41,121 bases of DNA from an uncultured Pseudomonadota bacterium (GCA_913044235.1 CAJWOS010000003.1:1-41121), one strand, 5' to 3'. Shown: positions 27,515 through 38,046, numbered from the stretch's first letter. Notes: generated from the letters alone by a model not told the origin. Numbers and translations are program-made.

Positions 27515-28375
27515 ATGGCCCAAGCATCCCCCCGAGCTCCCTCGTCTATTCGCCGTGTGCTCACGCACGTCGTGCTAATCATAGCATGCGTTGTGGTGCT
27601 GTACCCGGTGCTTTGGGTCCTCAAGATGGCCCTTACACCGGGTCAGGCGTTCAGCCTCGACCCCAATCCGTTGCCCACTGTGATCTCCTTTGCGAACTTT
27701 TGGGATGTCGTCTCCGCAAGCGAAGGGGGAACCTGGTTGTTCGGGCGCCAGCTGTTCAACTCCATTGTGGTTGCCACGATCACCTCAGCGATCGGGATCG
27801 GGCTGTCCTGTACGGCAGCCTATGCGATGTCTCGGTTTTCGTTTCCGGGGCGGGAGTCGGGGATGCGCCTGTTCCTCGTGACGCAGATGTTCCCTGGTGT
27901 GGTGATGCTCATCCCCCTCTACATTCTGCTCGATGAGCTCGGCCTGCTCGACAGCCTGATGGGTCTCTCACTGGTGTATGCGACCACAGCAGTGCCGTTC
28001 TGCACATGGAACCTCAAGGGGTACTTCGACACGATTCCGCGTGAGCTCGAAGAAGCGGCGATCATGGACGGTGCCAGTCGCTGGACGGTCTTCACGAAGG
28101 TGATCTTGCCGTTGGCACGACCAGCGCTCGCCGTCACGGGGCTCTTCAGCTTCATGACCGCTTGGAACGAGTTCATCATGGCGATGACGCTCCTCTCGGA
28201 CCAGCGTGCCTTTACGCTTCCGGTGGTGTTGCATGGCTACATCGGCGATCATGGAACGGACTGGGGGCACTTTGCGGCCGGCGCGATCATCGTCAGCATT
28301 CCGGTGATGGCTCTATTTTTTGCGCTTCAGAAGCAGCTGGTGGAAGGGCTCACAGCTGGTGGGGTCAAGGGCTGA
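27515..28375 (+). CDS. malG: Sugar ABC transporter permease (MalG-like)
   Basis: LYPVLW, NS..VA, AAYAMSRFSFPGR, QMFP, KGYFDTIPRELEEAAIMDGAS, AWNEF and GLTAGGVKG. Confidence 0.92.
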   Translation: MAQASPRAPSSIRRVLTHVVLIIACVVVLYPVLWVLKMALTPGQAFSLDPNPLPTVISFANFWDVVSASEGGTWLFGRQLFNSIVVATITSAIGIGLSCTAAYAMSRFSFPGRESGMRLFLVTQMFPGVVMLIPLYILLDELGLLDSLMGLSLVYATTAVPFCTWNLKGYFDTIPRELEEAAIMDGASRWTVFTKVILPLARPALAVTGLFSFMTAWNEFIMAMTLLSDQRAFTLPVVLHGYIGDHGTDWGHFAAGAIIVSIPVMALFFALQKQLVEGLTAGGVKG

Positions 28376-28556
28376 AGCCCGAGACGGGCATCACGCCACC
28401 GCGTATCCAGCGCCGAACGGTACCGAAGGAGCGCCGCGGCTCGGGAGGGAGAGTGCTTCAGGGCGCGCCGTCGAGCGATTGCCCGCGACGCGAGACCGGG
28501 TTCTCCGATACAACGAGAGTGCGCCGCTCGTACGGGCGGTCCCAGGAGAAGCTGCA

Positions 28557-29096
28557 ATGCCATCGTTCATTGGTCTGCCGATACGGGTTGCCCGGAAGCT
28601 GGTCCATCTGGTCACCGGGGGAGGGCAGAAGCCTCCACCACCCCCTCGACCGGCGGACCGATGGGAGCTTCGCTCCTTGAAGCGGCCCGACCCGCAGCCC
28701 GATGGCGCTGATGTGCACGCACACGCACACGACCACGGTCACTCTCATGATCATGGGCATGCGCACGACCATGGAGACTCGCAAGCGCCGGAGCCTGCAC
28801 CGGCGCCCGAGCCTACGCCCGAGCCGCTGGACATCGTGGCCACAGATACCCCCAACCCGATGGCTCGGAAGTTCTCGATGAACCGCGTGGTGGTGTCCGG
28901 CAAGGAGTCGAAGTCCTACCAGGCACCGGAAGAGGCCAGCGGCGACCCGCTGGGCGAGGCCCTCTTCACCGTAGAAGGCGTGGCCAGCGTGTTTGCGACC
29001 GGGTCATTCGTGACGGTGATCAAGTCCGAAGCGGCGCAATGGGAAGCGGTCAGCCCCGCTGTTGAGGTGGTGCTGAAGAAACACTTCGCAGGCTGA
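28557..29096 (+). CDS. NifU N-terminal (Nfu_N) domain protein with His-rich linker
   Basis: AGGAG RBS; HAHAHDHGHSHDHGHAHDHG; then TDTPNPMARKF...PLGEALFTVEGVASVFATGSFVTVIK...W (Nfu_N pattern). No CxxC NifU domain. Confidence 0.82.
   Translation: MPSFIGLPIRVARKLVHLVTGGGQKPPPPPRPADRWELRSLKRPDPQPDGADVHAHAHDHGHSHDHGHAHDHGDSQAPEPAPAPEPTPEPLDIVATDTPNPMARKFSMNRVVVSGKESKSYQAPEEASGDPLGEALFTVEGVASVFATGSFVTVIKSEAAQWEAVSPAVEVVLKKHFAG
28716..28775 (+). repeat. His-rich (HX)n coding repeat
   Basis: Encodes HAHAHDHGHSHDHGHAHDHG (10 His in 20 aa). Confidence 0.85.
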
Positions 29097-29117
29097 CGAG
29101 CGGCCAGCGACCTCGAG

Positions 29118-29447
29118 TCAGTCGGTGCGGGCGCTGTTGGGGACGGCGATGTCAAGCATGTCTTCGAGCTGCTCGTCGGCCGTGCGGATCACGGCCACAT
29201 TGGCTGCGTAGGTGATGCGTGCGGTGCGAGAGTCGAGGAGACCGCCCTCGAGGGAGCCGCTGGAGATCCCCTTGGCAACGTCGGAGATGGTGACAGTGTC
29301 GCCGGTTCCAGTGGCACCGTTCACGGCTTGAACCGTGGCAGAAACCACCTCGTCGGCAGCCGTCTGGAGATCTTCCCGAGACCGCTCGAGACCCTGAAGG
29401 GCCGCGTCGACCGCGCTGCTGCCGGCGATGCTGTAGAGAGCTTCCAT
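29118..29447 (-). CDS. Small flagellar basal-body rod/hook terminal-domain-like protein (109 aa)
   Basis: GGAGG RBS. N-terminal SAVDAALQGL...A resembles the rod/hook N motif, and C-terminal ARITYAANVAVIRTADEQLEDMLDI resembles Flg_bbr_C. Confidence 0.65.
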   Translation of the reverse strand: MEALYSIAGSSAVDAALQGLERSREDLQTAADEVVSATVQAVNGATGTGDTVTISDVAKGISSGSLEGGLLDSRTARITYAANVAVIRTADEQLEDMLDIAVPNSARTD

Positions 29448-29513
29448 ATCGGCCTCCGGTGATGGAAACAGAGTACCCTGGGCGAAGTGCGGTCACCACA
29501 CCTCGATGGAGAC

Positions 29514-30131
29514 CTACCAGGGAGGAGCATCCTCGTCGTCGCAGGACGCGGCAAGGTCGTCGTAGTAGCCATCGTCTGGAGGGGGGGGGCCGGAATCGGA
29601 TGGTGGCTCGGGTACATGTGTGTCCGCGCCGGCCATCGCGGCCTCGTAGCTGTTGTCGACGGAGGCTTCTTCCGAGCCCCAGTCTCCCCAGTCCTGGCCG
29701 GAGCGACCGCCGCCGCCTCGGGAACGACCGCCGCGGCTGCCGCCCGATGATGCGGGCTCCGGTGCGTCGCTTGGGGTGCAGAAGCGGGCATCGATCCACA
29801 CGGCGTTGTCTGGATCGGTGTCGTCGCGCACGCCCAGGCGCTGTCCACCTTGGCGACTGTCGCCGATCCAGAAGACCGTGCCGGTCCCCGTCTGTCCTTG
29901 CTGCTTGAACGCCACCCGGTCGCCTTTTTCGAAGGTGGGACCTTCAACCGTGGGCTCCGGTGCGTCGGTGGCCTCCACGAGACGCTCGCCCACCCAGTGG
30001 GTCTCGCCATCATCGCCGCGTACGCCGAAGCGCTTGCCGCCGTTGTATTTGTCCTTGCCGGACCAAAAGATAGAGCCCGTGACACCGGTGCCTGGGCCGG
30101 AGATGATTCGTACGCGACTGCCCTTGTCCAC
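29514..30131 (-). CDS. Hypothetical protein: two tandem SH3/KOW-like repeats, RGG linker, acidic C-terminal tail
   Basis: AGAGGA RBS before GTG 30131. Repeats KGSRVR..GVTGSIFWSG..GGKRFGVR..D..W and KGDRVA..GTGTVFWIG..GGQRLGVRD..W; the protein ends DDEDAPPW. Confidence 0.8.
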   Translation of the reverse strand: MDKGSRVRIISGPGTGVTGSIFWSGKDKYNGGKRFGVRGDDGETHWVGERLVEATDAPEPTVEGPTFEKGDRVAFKQQGQTGTGTVFWIGDSRQGGQRLGVRDDTDPDNAVWIDARFCTPSDAPEPASSGGSRGGRSRGGGGRSGQDWGDWGSEEASVDNSYEAAMAGADTHVPEPPSDSGPPPPDDGYYDDLAASCDDEDAPPW

Positions 30132-30289
30132 GGTGGCATCCTCTCTTGTGGGGGTGCGGGGTCGGAGTGGCTCCGACCGGATGGGTTGGCGGTCCAGGTG
30201 CGCAAGCCACTCGAATGGTTCGCTCGAGCGGCGGTGGAACGGCCCCGGATCACCCAAGCCGTATCTCGCCTGCGCCGGTCGCGGGATGG

Positions 30290-31567
30290 TCAGTCCCCAG
30301 GACCGCCGATCGGGATGCCCATGCGCACGAGCAGTCCACCTTGAGGACTTTCCAAGGCTTCGATCGTACCGGCGTGAGCGTCGATGATCTGCTTGACCAG
30401 CATCAAGCCCAGCCCAAGGCCGCCGGTAGCGCGGCTTCGACTTCCCTCCGCGCGAAAGAACGGCTCGAACAGTCGCGTGCGGTCAGCGGTCGCCACGCCA
30501 GGCCCGGAGTCCCCCACCGACAACCATGTATGGCTGTCGTCTTCCGATGCGTAGATTCGCACCTCGCAGTGGTTTGGTGTGTATCGAGCCACGTTTGAGA
30601 GCAGGTTGGTCAGGCACCTCAACAGTCGGCGCTTGTCGCCGAAGAAGTTCTGCTTGGTGGTGTCCTCGACCTGGACAGTGCGCGTGCCCAGATCGACCTG
30701 TGCAAGCGCCCGCTGCAGCAGATCCCCGGCAGCGACTTCCTCGTAGGTCAGTGCGAGTGTGCCTCGATGCAGGTGTGCCGACTCGAGCAGCTCCGAAACC
30801 AAGGCGTCGACCTCGTTTACATCCTTGGTCAGGGCCTGAATTCGGGAGATCGGGTCATTGGAGTCGGGAAGGAGCTCCAGAAGCAGCCGCATTCGGGTGA
30901 GTGGGGTGCGGAGCTCGTGGCTGACGGCGGCCATCAGATCCCTCTGCCCTTGGACGAGATGTTGGACGCGGTCGGCCATGGTGTTGAAGGTGTCGGCGAC
31001 CTCGGTGACGGCACCGCGATTGGGCACCCGGTGGTTCAGATCGCCTGCTGCGACACGCTGCATGGCGGTGGTGGCCACCTCCAAGGGGCGAAAGACGAAC
31101 CGCAGCATCAAGAACGCCAGAAACATTGCGGCGGCGGTGAGCAGGAGCAAACCGAGTCCCACGCGGGTGCGAGGTCGATACAGGTCGGCCTGGAAGGTGA
31201 CCACCAGCCATCTGGGCTCGCTGCTCGGCCGTTCCAGCGACACAGCGAACGGGGCTCGTGGGCCGGGGAGTACCAGGACCGAGCGGCCATGTCGCTCGTA
31301 GACTTGCGCTCTCTTGCGCTGCTCGGGCGGGATCTCGTCGACCACCCGGACCGCGAGGCCAAGATCGTCAGACAGTGCCTGAACGCGGTGCTTTGGGGTG
31401 CGGGGTCGCTCTGCGATCTCGGCGAGGTGTACCGCCATGGCGATGCGCTCGGTGGTGAGCTCGTGCACGAGGGGACGGAACACGGCGACGGCCAAGACCA
31501 GGGCTCCCAACATCGTGATGAGCAGGACCGAGACGAGTCCAATGAAAACCTGAAGCCGCAGTCGCAT
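30290..31567 (-). CDS. Two-TM HAMP sensor histidine kinase (CpxA/RstB-like)
   Basis: Two TM helices, HAMP (RPL...GDL.HR...FNTMADR), AVSHELRTPL, NLLSNVARY, DSGPGV, FEPFFR and GGLGLGL. Confidence 0.94.
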   Translation of the reverse strand: MRLRLQVFIGLVSVLLITMLGALVLAVAVFRPLVHELTTERIAMAVHLAEIAERPRTPKHRVQALSDDLGLAVRVVDEIPPEQRKRAQVYERHGRSVLVLPGPRAPFAVSLERPSSEPRWLVVTFQADLYRPRTRVGLGLLLLTAAAMFLAFLMLRFVFRPLEVATTAMQRVAAGDLNHRVPNRGAVTEVADTFNTMADRVQHLVQGQRDLMAAVSHELRTPLTRMRLLLELLPDSNDPISRIQALTKDVNEVDALVSELLESAHLHRGTLALTYEEVAAGDLLQRALAQVDLGTRTVQVEDTTKQNFFGDKRRLLRCLTNLLSNVARYTPNHCEVRIYASEDDSHTWLSVGDSGPGVATADRTRLFEPFFRAEGSRSRATGGLGLGLMLVKQIIDAHAGTIEALESPQGGLLVRMGIPIGGPGD

Positions 31568-31569
31568 GG

Positions 31570-32274
31570 TTACTCGGAGGTATCGCGGGGCACGAGGTAG
31601 CCCACGCCGCGCACGGTCTTGATCATTTGTGGTTTCTTTGGGTTGTCGCCGAGCTTGCGCCGAATGTGGCTGACGTGCACGTCGACCGAGCGGTCGAACG
31701 ATGCATAGGCATCGCCACGGGCGGTGGCCATCAAGGACTCGCGGGGAATGACACGTCCCGCGGCGGCAACGAGCGCATGCAAAAGGTCAAACTCGGTGGT
31801 GGTGAGGTCCACCATCTCACCGTGGACGGTGCACTCTCTCCGCGCGGCGTCCATCCGAATCCCCGCGGCCCGCAGCACTGGATCGCTCTCAGCGGAGTCC
31901 GATGTGCTCCGTCGGAGGACTGCCTGCACACGAGCCAGGAGCTCGCGGGGATTGAAGGGCTTGGGCAGATAGTCGTCGGCGCCGAGCTCAAGCCCCACAA
32001 TGCGGTCGAAGTCGTCGCCTCTCGCAGTGAGCATGATGATGGGTACCTGAGAAATCGAACGGTCGGCCCGTCGGATGGCTCGACAGGTCTCGAATCCGTC
32101 CATCCCAGGCATCATCACATCAAGAATCACGAGGTCGACACCACCGCGAGCCAGCCGCAGCAGTCCGTCGCTGCCGTTCGAGGTGGACTCGACTGCGAAT
32201 CCCCTCGAGCCCAGGTATTCCACGAGGAGAGCCGAGATGCCCGGGTCGTCATCGACGACCAACAGCGTGTACAT
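31570..32274 (-). CDS. OmpR/CpxR-family response regulator
   Basis: LLVVDDD, LDVMMPGMDG, LTARG, GADDYLPKPFNPREL and winged-helix DRSVDVHVSHIRRKL...IKTVRGVGY. Confidence 0.95.
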   Translation of the reverse strand: MYTLLVVDDDPGISALLVEYLGSRGFAVESTSNGSDGLLRLARGGVDLVILDVMMPGMDGFETCRAIRRADRSISQVPIIMLTARGDDFDRIVGLELGADDYLPKPFNPRELLARVQAVLRRSTSDSAESDPVLRAAGIRMDAARRECTVHGEMVDLTTTEFDLLHALVAAAGRVIPRESLMATARGDAYASFDRSVDVHVSHIRRKLGDNPKKPQMIKTVRGVGYLVPRDTSE

Positions 32275-32307
32275 GGACCGACTCCGGAAGCGGTGGTGAC
32301 GAAAGGC

Positions 32308-32802
32308 TCAGCGTTCCTGCTGGGGCTGCTCGCGCGCGAGGTGTTGGGCCCGACGCTGTCGCTGTTCCATTCGTTCCTGGAACATTCCAGCGAGCTCGCT
32401 GCGCTGGCTTTCGTTGAGGGACTCGTACACATCGACGAGTCCGTCGATGACCTTGTGGGCCATTTCGACCTTCTGGGCTGCTGCGGCATCGATCTTTTGG
32501 TGAAGCGCCGCGCGATCTACGGATTCACCACTGGCGATCGCTTCGGCAAATACATGGACTTCATCGCCTTTGTTCTCTTTTTGGGCCTGTACTTCCGCGC
32601 GCACCTCGTCGCGGAGATCGGTCAACATTTGCTGCTGCTCTGTGGAGAGGTCGAGTCCGGCCATGGCGTGGGCCAGCTTCATGGGGCCGGCCGTACCCCG
32701 CTTGGCGGGACCACCGGCCACGGCGCTTGCTGTGGCACCGATCGTGGCTCCGAGGAGGGTGAAGCCGACAGCGAAGAGAGCGGATCGAGGAGAAAGAGGC
32801 AT
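32308..32802 (-). CDS. Spy/CpxP-family periplasmic protein
   Basis: AGGAG RBS and signal peptide; LDLSTEQQQ and LNESQR are LTxxQ-like motifs; directly upstream of the RR-HK pair. Confidence 0.82.
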   Translation of the reverse strand: MPLSPRSALFAVGFTLLGATIGATASAVAGGPAKRGTAGPMKLAHAMAGLDLSTEQQQMLTDLRDEVRAEVQAQKENKGDEVHVFAEAIASGESVDRAALHQKIDAAAAQKVEMAHKVIDGLVDVYESLNESQRSELAGMFQERMEQRQRRAQHLAREQPQQER

Positions 32803-32910
32803 GGTTGTGCTCCTGTAGGGTGCCGACGGGTTCAATCCCGCCGGACGCTCAGGTTGTATGGCCCACATCTTGGCACGGCGTGAGGACCTTCCAAAAGGAA
32901 ACTAGAGTTT

Positions 32911-32925
32911 GTGAAGGATTGTGAA
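32911..32925. promoter_or_regulatory. CpxR/OmpR-type direct-repeat binding site GTGAA-N5-GTGAA
   Basis: TTGTGAAGGATTGTGAAGG, a 10-bp-period direct repeat about 110 bp upstream of the Spy/CpxP-like start. It resembles the CpxR box GTAAA-N5-GTAAA. Confidence 0.55.
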
Positions 32926-33087
32926 GGCGGCGGTGCGAGACTCGAAGGGAGCGACGCTTGGCGTGGCCTGCAGAAGTCCTCGAAATGCATCAACACGATG
33001 GGACAATCATGGCGTCGGTCCGTCACTCAACCGCCCCGCGAAAGGGCAGGGCGGACCGGTACGCTGTGGCCGTTGCTGGGAGAAACC

Positions 33088-34416
33088 GTGACCGATCCCG
33101 AGCTGACCCCCGAACAAAGCGCCGTTTTTGCGGAGCATGGCTTCCTTGTTTTGCGGGGCGTGTTGTCCTCGGAGCAAGTGGACGAGCTGCGCGCCGCAGT
33201 GGGTCGATTTGAGCGCCATGCGCTCGTATCGGGCCCGGGTATGCATCACTTCGAGGAGACCGACCAGGGGCCGCGACTGGCTCGCAGCGAAGACCTCATT
33301 CCCCACGATCCTCTGCTGCGTGACTTCATCTGTACGGGTCTCGTAATCGACCGTGTGGGTGCGCTGATGGGGGAACCGGCCGTGCTCTACAAGGAGAAGG
33401 TCAACTACAAACACCCGGGCGGCGCGGGGTTTGCCCCCCACCAGGATGCCACGGCCTATCGATTCGTGGACCATCACATCTCTGTGATGGTTCCGCTCGA
33501 CGCAGCCACGAAAGAGAGTGGCTGCCTGTATGTCTCGTCGGGACATGACCGCGGCATCCTGCCCAACACGCGCGGATGCATCACCGAGGCGGTGGCGGCG
33601 GAGCTCGAGTGGAAGCCGGTTGAGGTGTTCCCCGGCGATGTGTTGCTGTTCGACTCCTACGCGCCCCACCGCTCCGAGACGAACCGCACGCGGTGCTCCC
33701 GGCGCGCGTTGTACCTCACCTACAACGCCCTCTCCGCAGGGGACTTTCGGGCACGCTACTACGCCGACAAGGCCGCGGAATTCCACGGCGCCGACGGAAC
33801 CTTCGATGGCGACCGAGTGCGCATCAGTGTGAACGACGACTTCCTGGGGCGTCCGGTGTCGCAGCCGGCCCGCAATCTGTCCGAGCTCGTCTCCCGCTAC
33901 GACGGTCCATCTGCCCAACAACTCTACGATGAGGAAGTCACCGAGCTGGTCCACGGACTGCAGTGCGCTGAGTTCGCACTGGCCGACGGCGCAGACGAAG
34001 CCACCATCGCCGCGGCACTCTTGCATGATGTAGGGCACCTGCTCGTGGGTGACTTATTTCCGATCGATGCGCCCCTGGAGCGCGACTGGCAGCACGAAGC
34101 GGTGGGGGCCCGGTACCTCAGCCGTTTCTTCGGACCGGCCGTGACGGAGCCAGTGCGGCTGCATGTGGCTGCGAAGCGGTACCTCGTGGCCACCGATGCA
34201 GCCTATGCGGCAGCGCTCTCTCCCTCTTCCGTGCGAAGTCTCGCCGTTCAGGGCGGCCCGATGTCGCCGTCCGAACAGCGCGAATTCGAAGCGTTGCCGG
34301 GCTTTGCTTCTGCCGTGCGTGTGCGTCGTTACGACGATGCCGGGAAGGACCCGAACATGTCCACCCGCGGATTCCAGGCCTTTGTGCCGCTGCTGGAACG
34401 ACTGGCCACCCGGTAG
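33088..34416 (+). CDS. Fused PhyH-family Fe/2OG dioxygenase (PhnY*-like) + HD-domain diiron oxygenase (PhnZ-like)
   Basis: GGAGA RBS before GTG 33088. N-half: YKEKVNYKHPGGAGFAPHQD...GCL...PGDVLLFD...PHRS..N....RRALYLTYN. C-half: YDEEVTELVHGLQCA...AALLHDVGHL...HEAVGA...LHVAAKRYL...LS..S..SL..QGGPM...RRYDDAGK. Confidence 0.88.
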   Translation: MTDPELTPEQSAVFAEHGFLVLRGVLSSEQVDELRAAVGRFERHALVSGPGMHHFEETDQGPRLARSEDLIPHDPLLRDFICTGLVIDRVGALMGEPAVLYKEKVNYKHPGGAGFAPHQDATAYRFVDHHISVMVPLDAATKESGCLYVSSGHDRGILPNTRGCITEAVAAELEWKPVEVFPGDVLLFDSYAPHRSETNRTRCSRRALYLTYNALSAGDFRARYYADKAAEFHGADGTFDGDRVRISVNDDFLGRPVSQPARNLSELVSRYDGPSAQQLYDEEVTELVHGLQCAEFALADGADEATIAAALLHDVGHLLVGDLFPIDAPLERDWQHEAVGARYLSRFFGPAVTEPVRLHVAAKRYLVATDAAYAAALSPSSVRSLAVQGGPMSPSEQREFEALPGFASAVRVRRYDDAGKDPNMSTRGFQAFVPLLERLATR

Positions 34417-34418
34417 CG

Positions 34419-35543
34419 TCACTCTGCCCAGGCGCGGAATCCTTCCGGGTCACGGGCGATGGCTGCCCGCAGCGTCTCGGGGATGTGTCCTGCGCGCAGT
34501 GCGAGAGTGGTGGCGTCGAGGCCCCACACGGCGGCCAGTCGTTCGATCACATCGGTCGACAGAGCTTTGTCTCCGGATTCTACGCGGCTCAGGTGAGACG
34601 CGGAGAGCTCCAGCGCCTCGGCGAGAGCCTTCTGGCTTTGCTGCCGGGCCGTGCGTTGTTCGCGGAGCCAGTGCCCGAACGGAGCCTCGGGCTCGACCGT
34701 GCTGGCCAGCGGTGGAAATGAGGGAGTCTGCACGTCGGCGTCGCGGCTCCACTCGATCTCGGCCGTGGCGCTGTGGTTGTGGATGGACTCCTGGTTGCTT
34801 GCCCGTACCTTCAGCCACGAGACCCCAGGGAGGGAACGCACAGCAATCACCACGTCTCGCACGAGATCTTCGACGAACTTCGGGTTGTCATACGCCTGCT
34901 CTGTCACGAACTTTTCGTCGTCTCTCTTGAGCAGGGCATAGAGCGGTGCGGACGCGCTTGCCTCGACGGCTTCGACGACGTCTTCAATCCAGACGTGACC
35001 ATCGGCGCGAACCTCGACACTTACGAGACTGCGCTGGTTGTGGGCTCCATACTCGGAGACCGCTTTGCTGCATGGGCACAGGCTCTTCACGGGAACCGTC
35101 ACACCGAGTGTGTACTCCGCGTCGGAGGGCTTGGGACCGTGGCGCCCAACGAAGCGAGCCTGGTACTCCATCAGCGACTCGGCCCCGGAGACCGGTGCCT
35201 TCTTCGACATGAAGTATGGAAACTCCATTTCCAGCCAGGCGTCGTCTGCTTCGAGCCGGCGTCGGATGGCGTCGAGGACGGAGGGCATCGTGCGGAAGGT
35301 GAGCTCGCCGCGGACTTCGTTGAGAATCTCCACGAATCGGCTCATGTGGGTACCCTTGAAGTGGTGAGGCAGCCCCACATACAGACCGAGCCGAGCCACG
35401 GTGGCCTGCATGCCGAGCGAGCGATCCAGCACTTGAACTGGGTACCGGAGGTCGGTGATACCGACCCGGTCGATGGGGAGTCCACGCAGGTCGTACTCGG
35501 CTGCGTGGTCCGGAAGGTGATCTGCGCTTTGACGGGTGGACAT
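34419..35543 (-). CDS. folE2: GTP cyclohydrolase IB (FolE2) fused to a C-terminal XRE-type helix-turn-helix
   Basis: IDRVGI, KGTHMSRF, SLCPCSK..S.YGAHNQRS, LLKRDDEKFVTEQAYDNPKFVEDLVR and ESIHNH (FolE2). Then FGHWLREQR......QKALAEALELSASHLSRVESG...LA (HTH_XRE). Confidence 0.92.
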   Translation of the reverse strand: MSTRQSADHLPDHAAEYDLRGLPIDRVGITDLRYPVQVLDRSLGMQATVARLGLYVGLPHHFKGTHMSRFVEILNEVRGELTFRTMPSVLDAIRRRLEADDAWLEMEFPYFMSKKAPVSGAESLMEYQARFVGRHGPKPSDAEYTLGVTVPVKSLCPCSKAVSEYGAHNQRSLVSVEVRADGHVWIEDVVEAVEASASAPLYALLKRDDEKFVTEQAYDNPKFVEDLVRDVVIAVRSLPGVSWLKVRASNQESIHNHSATAEIEWSRDADVQTPSFPPLASTVEPEAPFGHWLREQRTARQQSQKALAEALELSASHLSRVESGDKALSTDVIERLAAVWGLDATTLALRAGHIPETLRAAIARDPEGFRAWAE

Positions 35544-35555
35544 GGGCGCGCTGTA

Positions 35556-35567
35556 CCGCAATTGCGG
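35556..35567. promoter_or_regulatory. Perfect 12-bp palindrome CCGCAATTGCGG, candidate operator of folE2-HTH
   Basis: 12 nt upstream of the folE2 ATG (35543), in the divergent folE2/icd intergenic region. Confidence 0.4.
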
Positions 35568-35820
35568 AGTGTTGTCGAACCGGACAAGAAACCGTTGGCC
35601 AAATCGACAAGTTGGCCCGTCAGCCGGTGGGCCGGGAGTCCAGGGAGCGCAGGCAAAGGGTGTGGAACGGGAAAATCGGATGCAGGCTGCATTGGTTCCG
35701 CAAGGTCTCGGCACGGGTCGGGTTTTCGCGATACGGGCCGCCCCGTTTCACTGATTCGGCTGCCGTGGGGAGATCTGTTTCCATTTTCCCGCAGCGCCGG
35801 TATTGCCCAGGATGCGCGTC

Positions 35821-38046
<2,226 letters not shown>

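Noticed and set aside
32870-32886. TGGCACG resembling a sigma-54 -24 element
   Set aside because: There is no TTGC/GC at the -12 position (the sequence reads GAGG).
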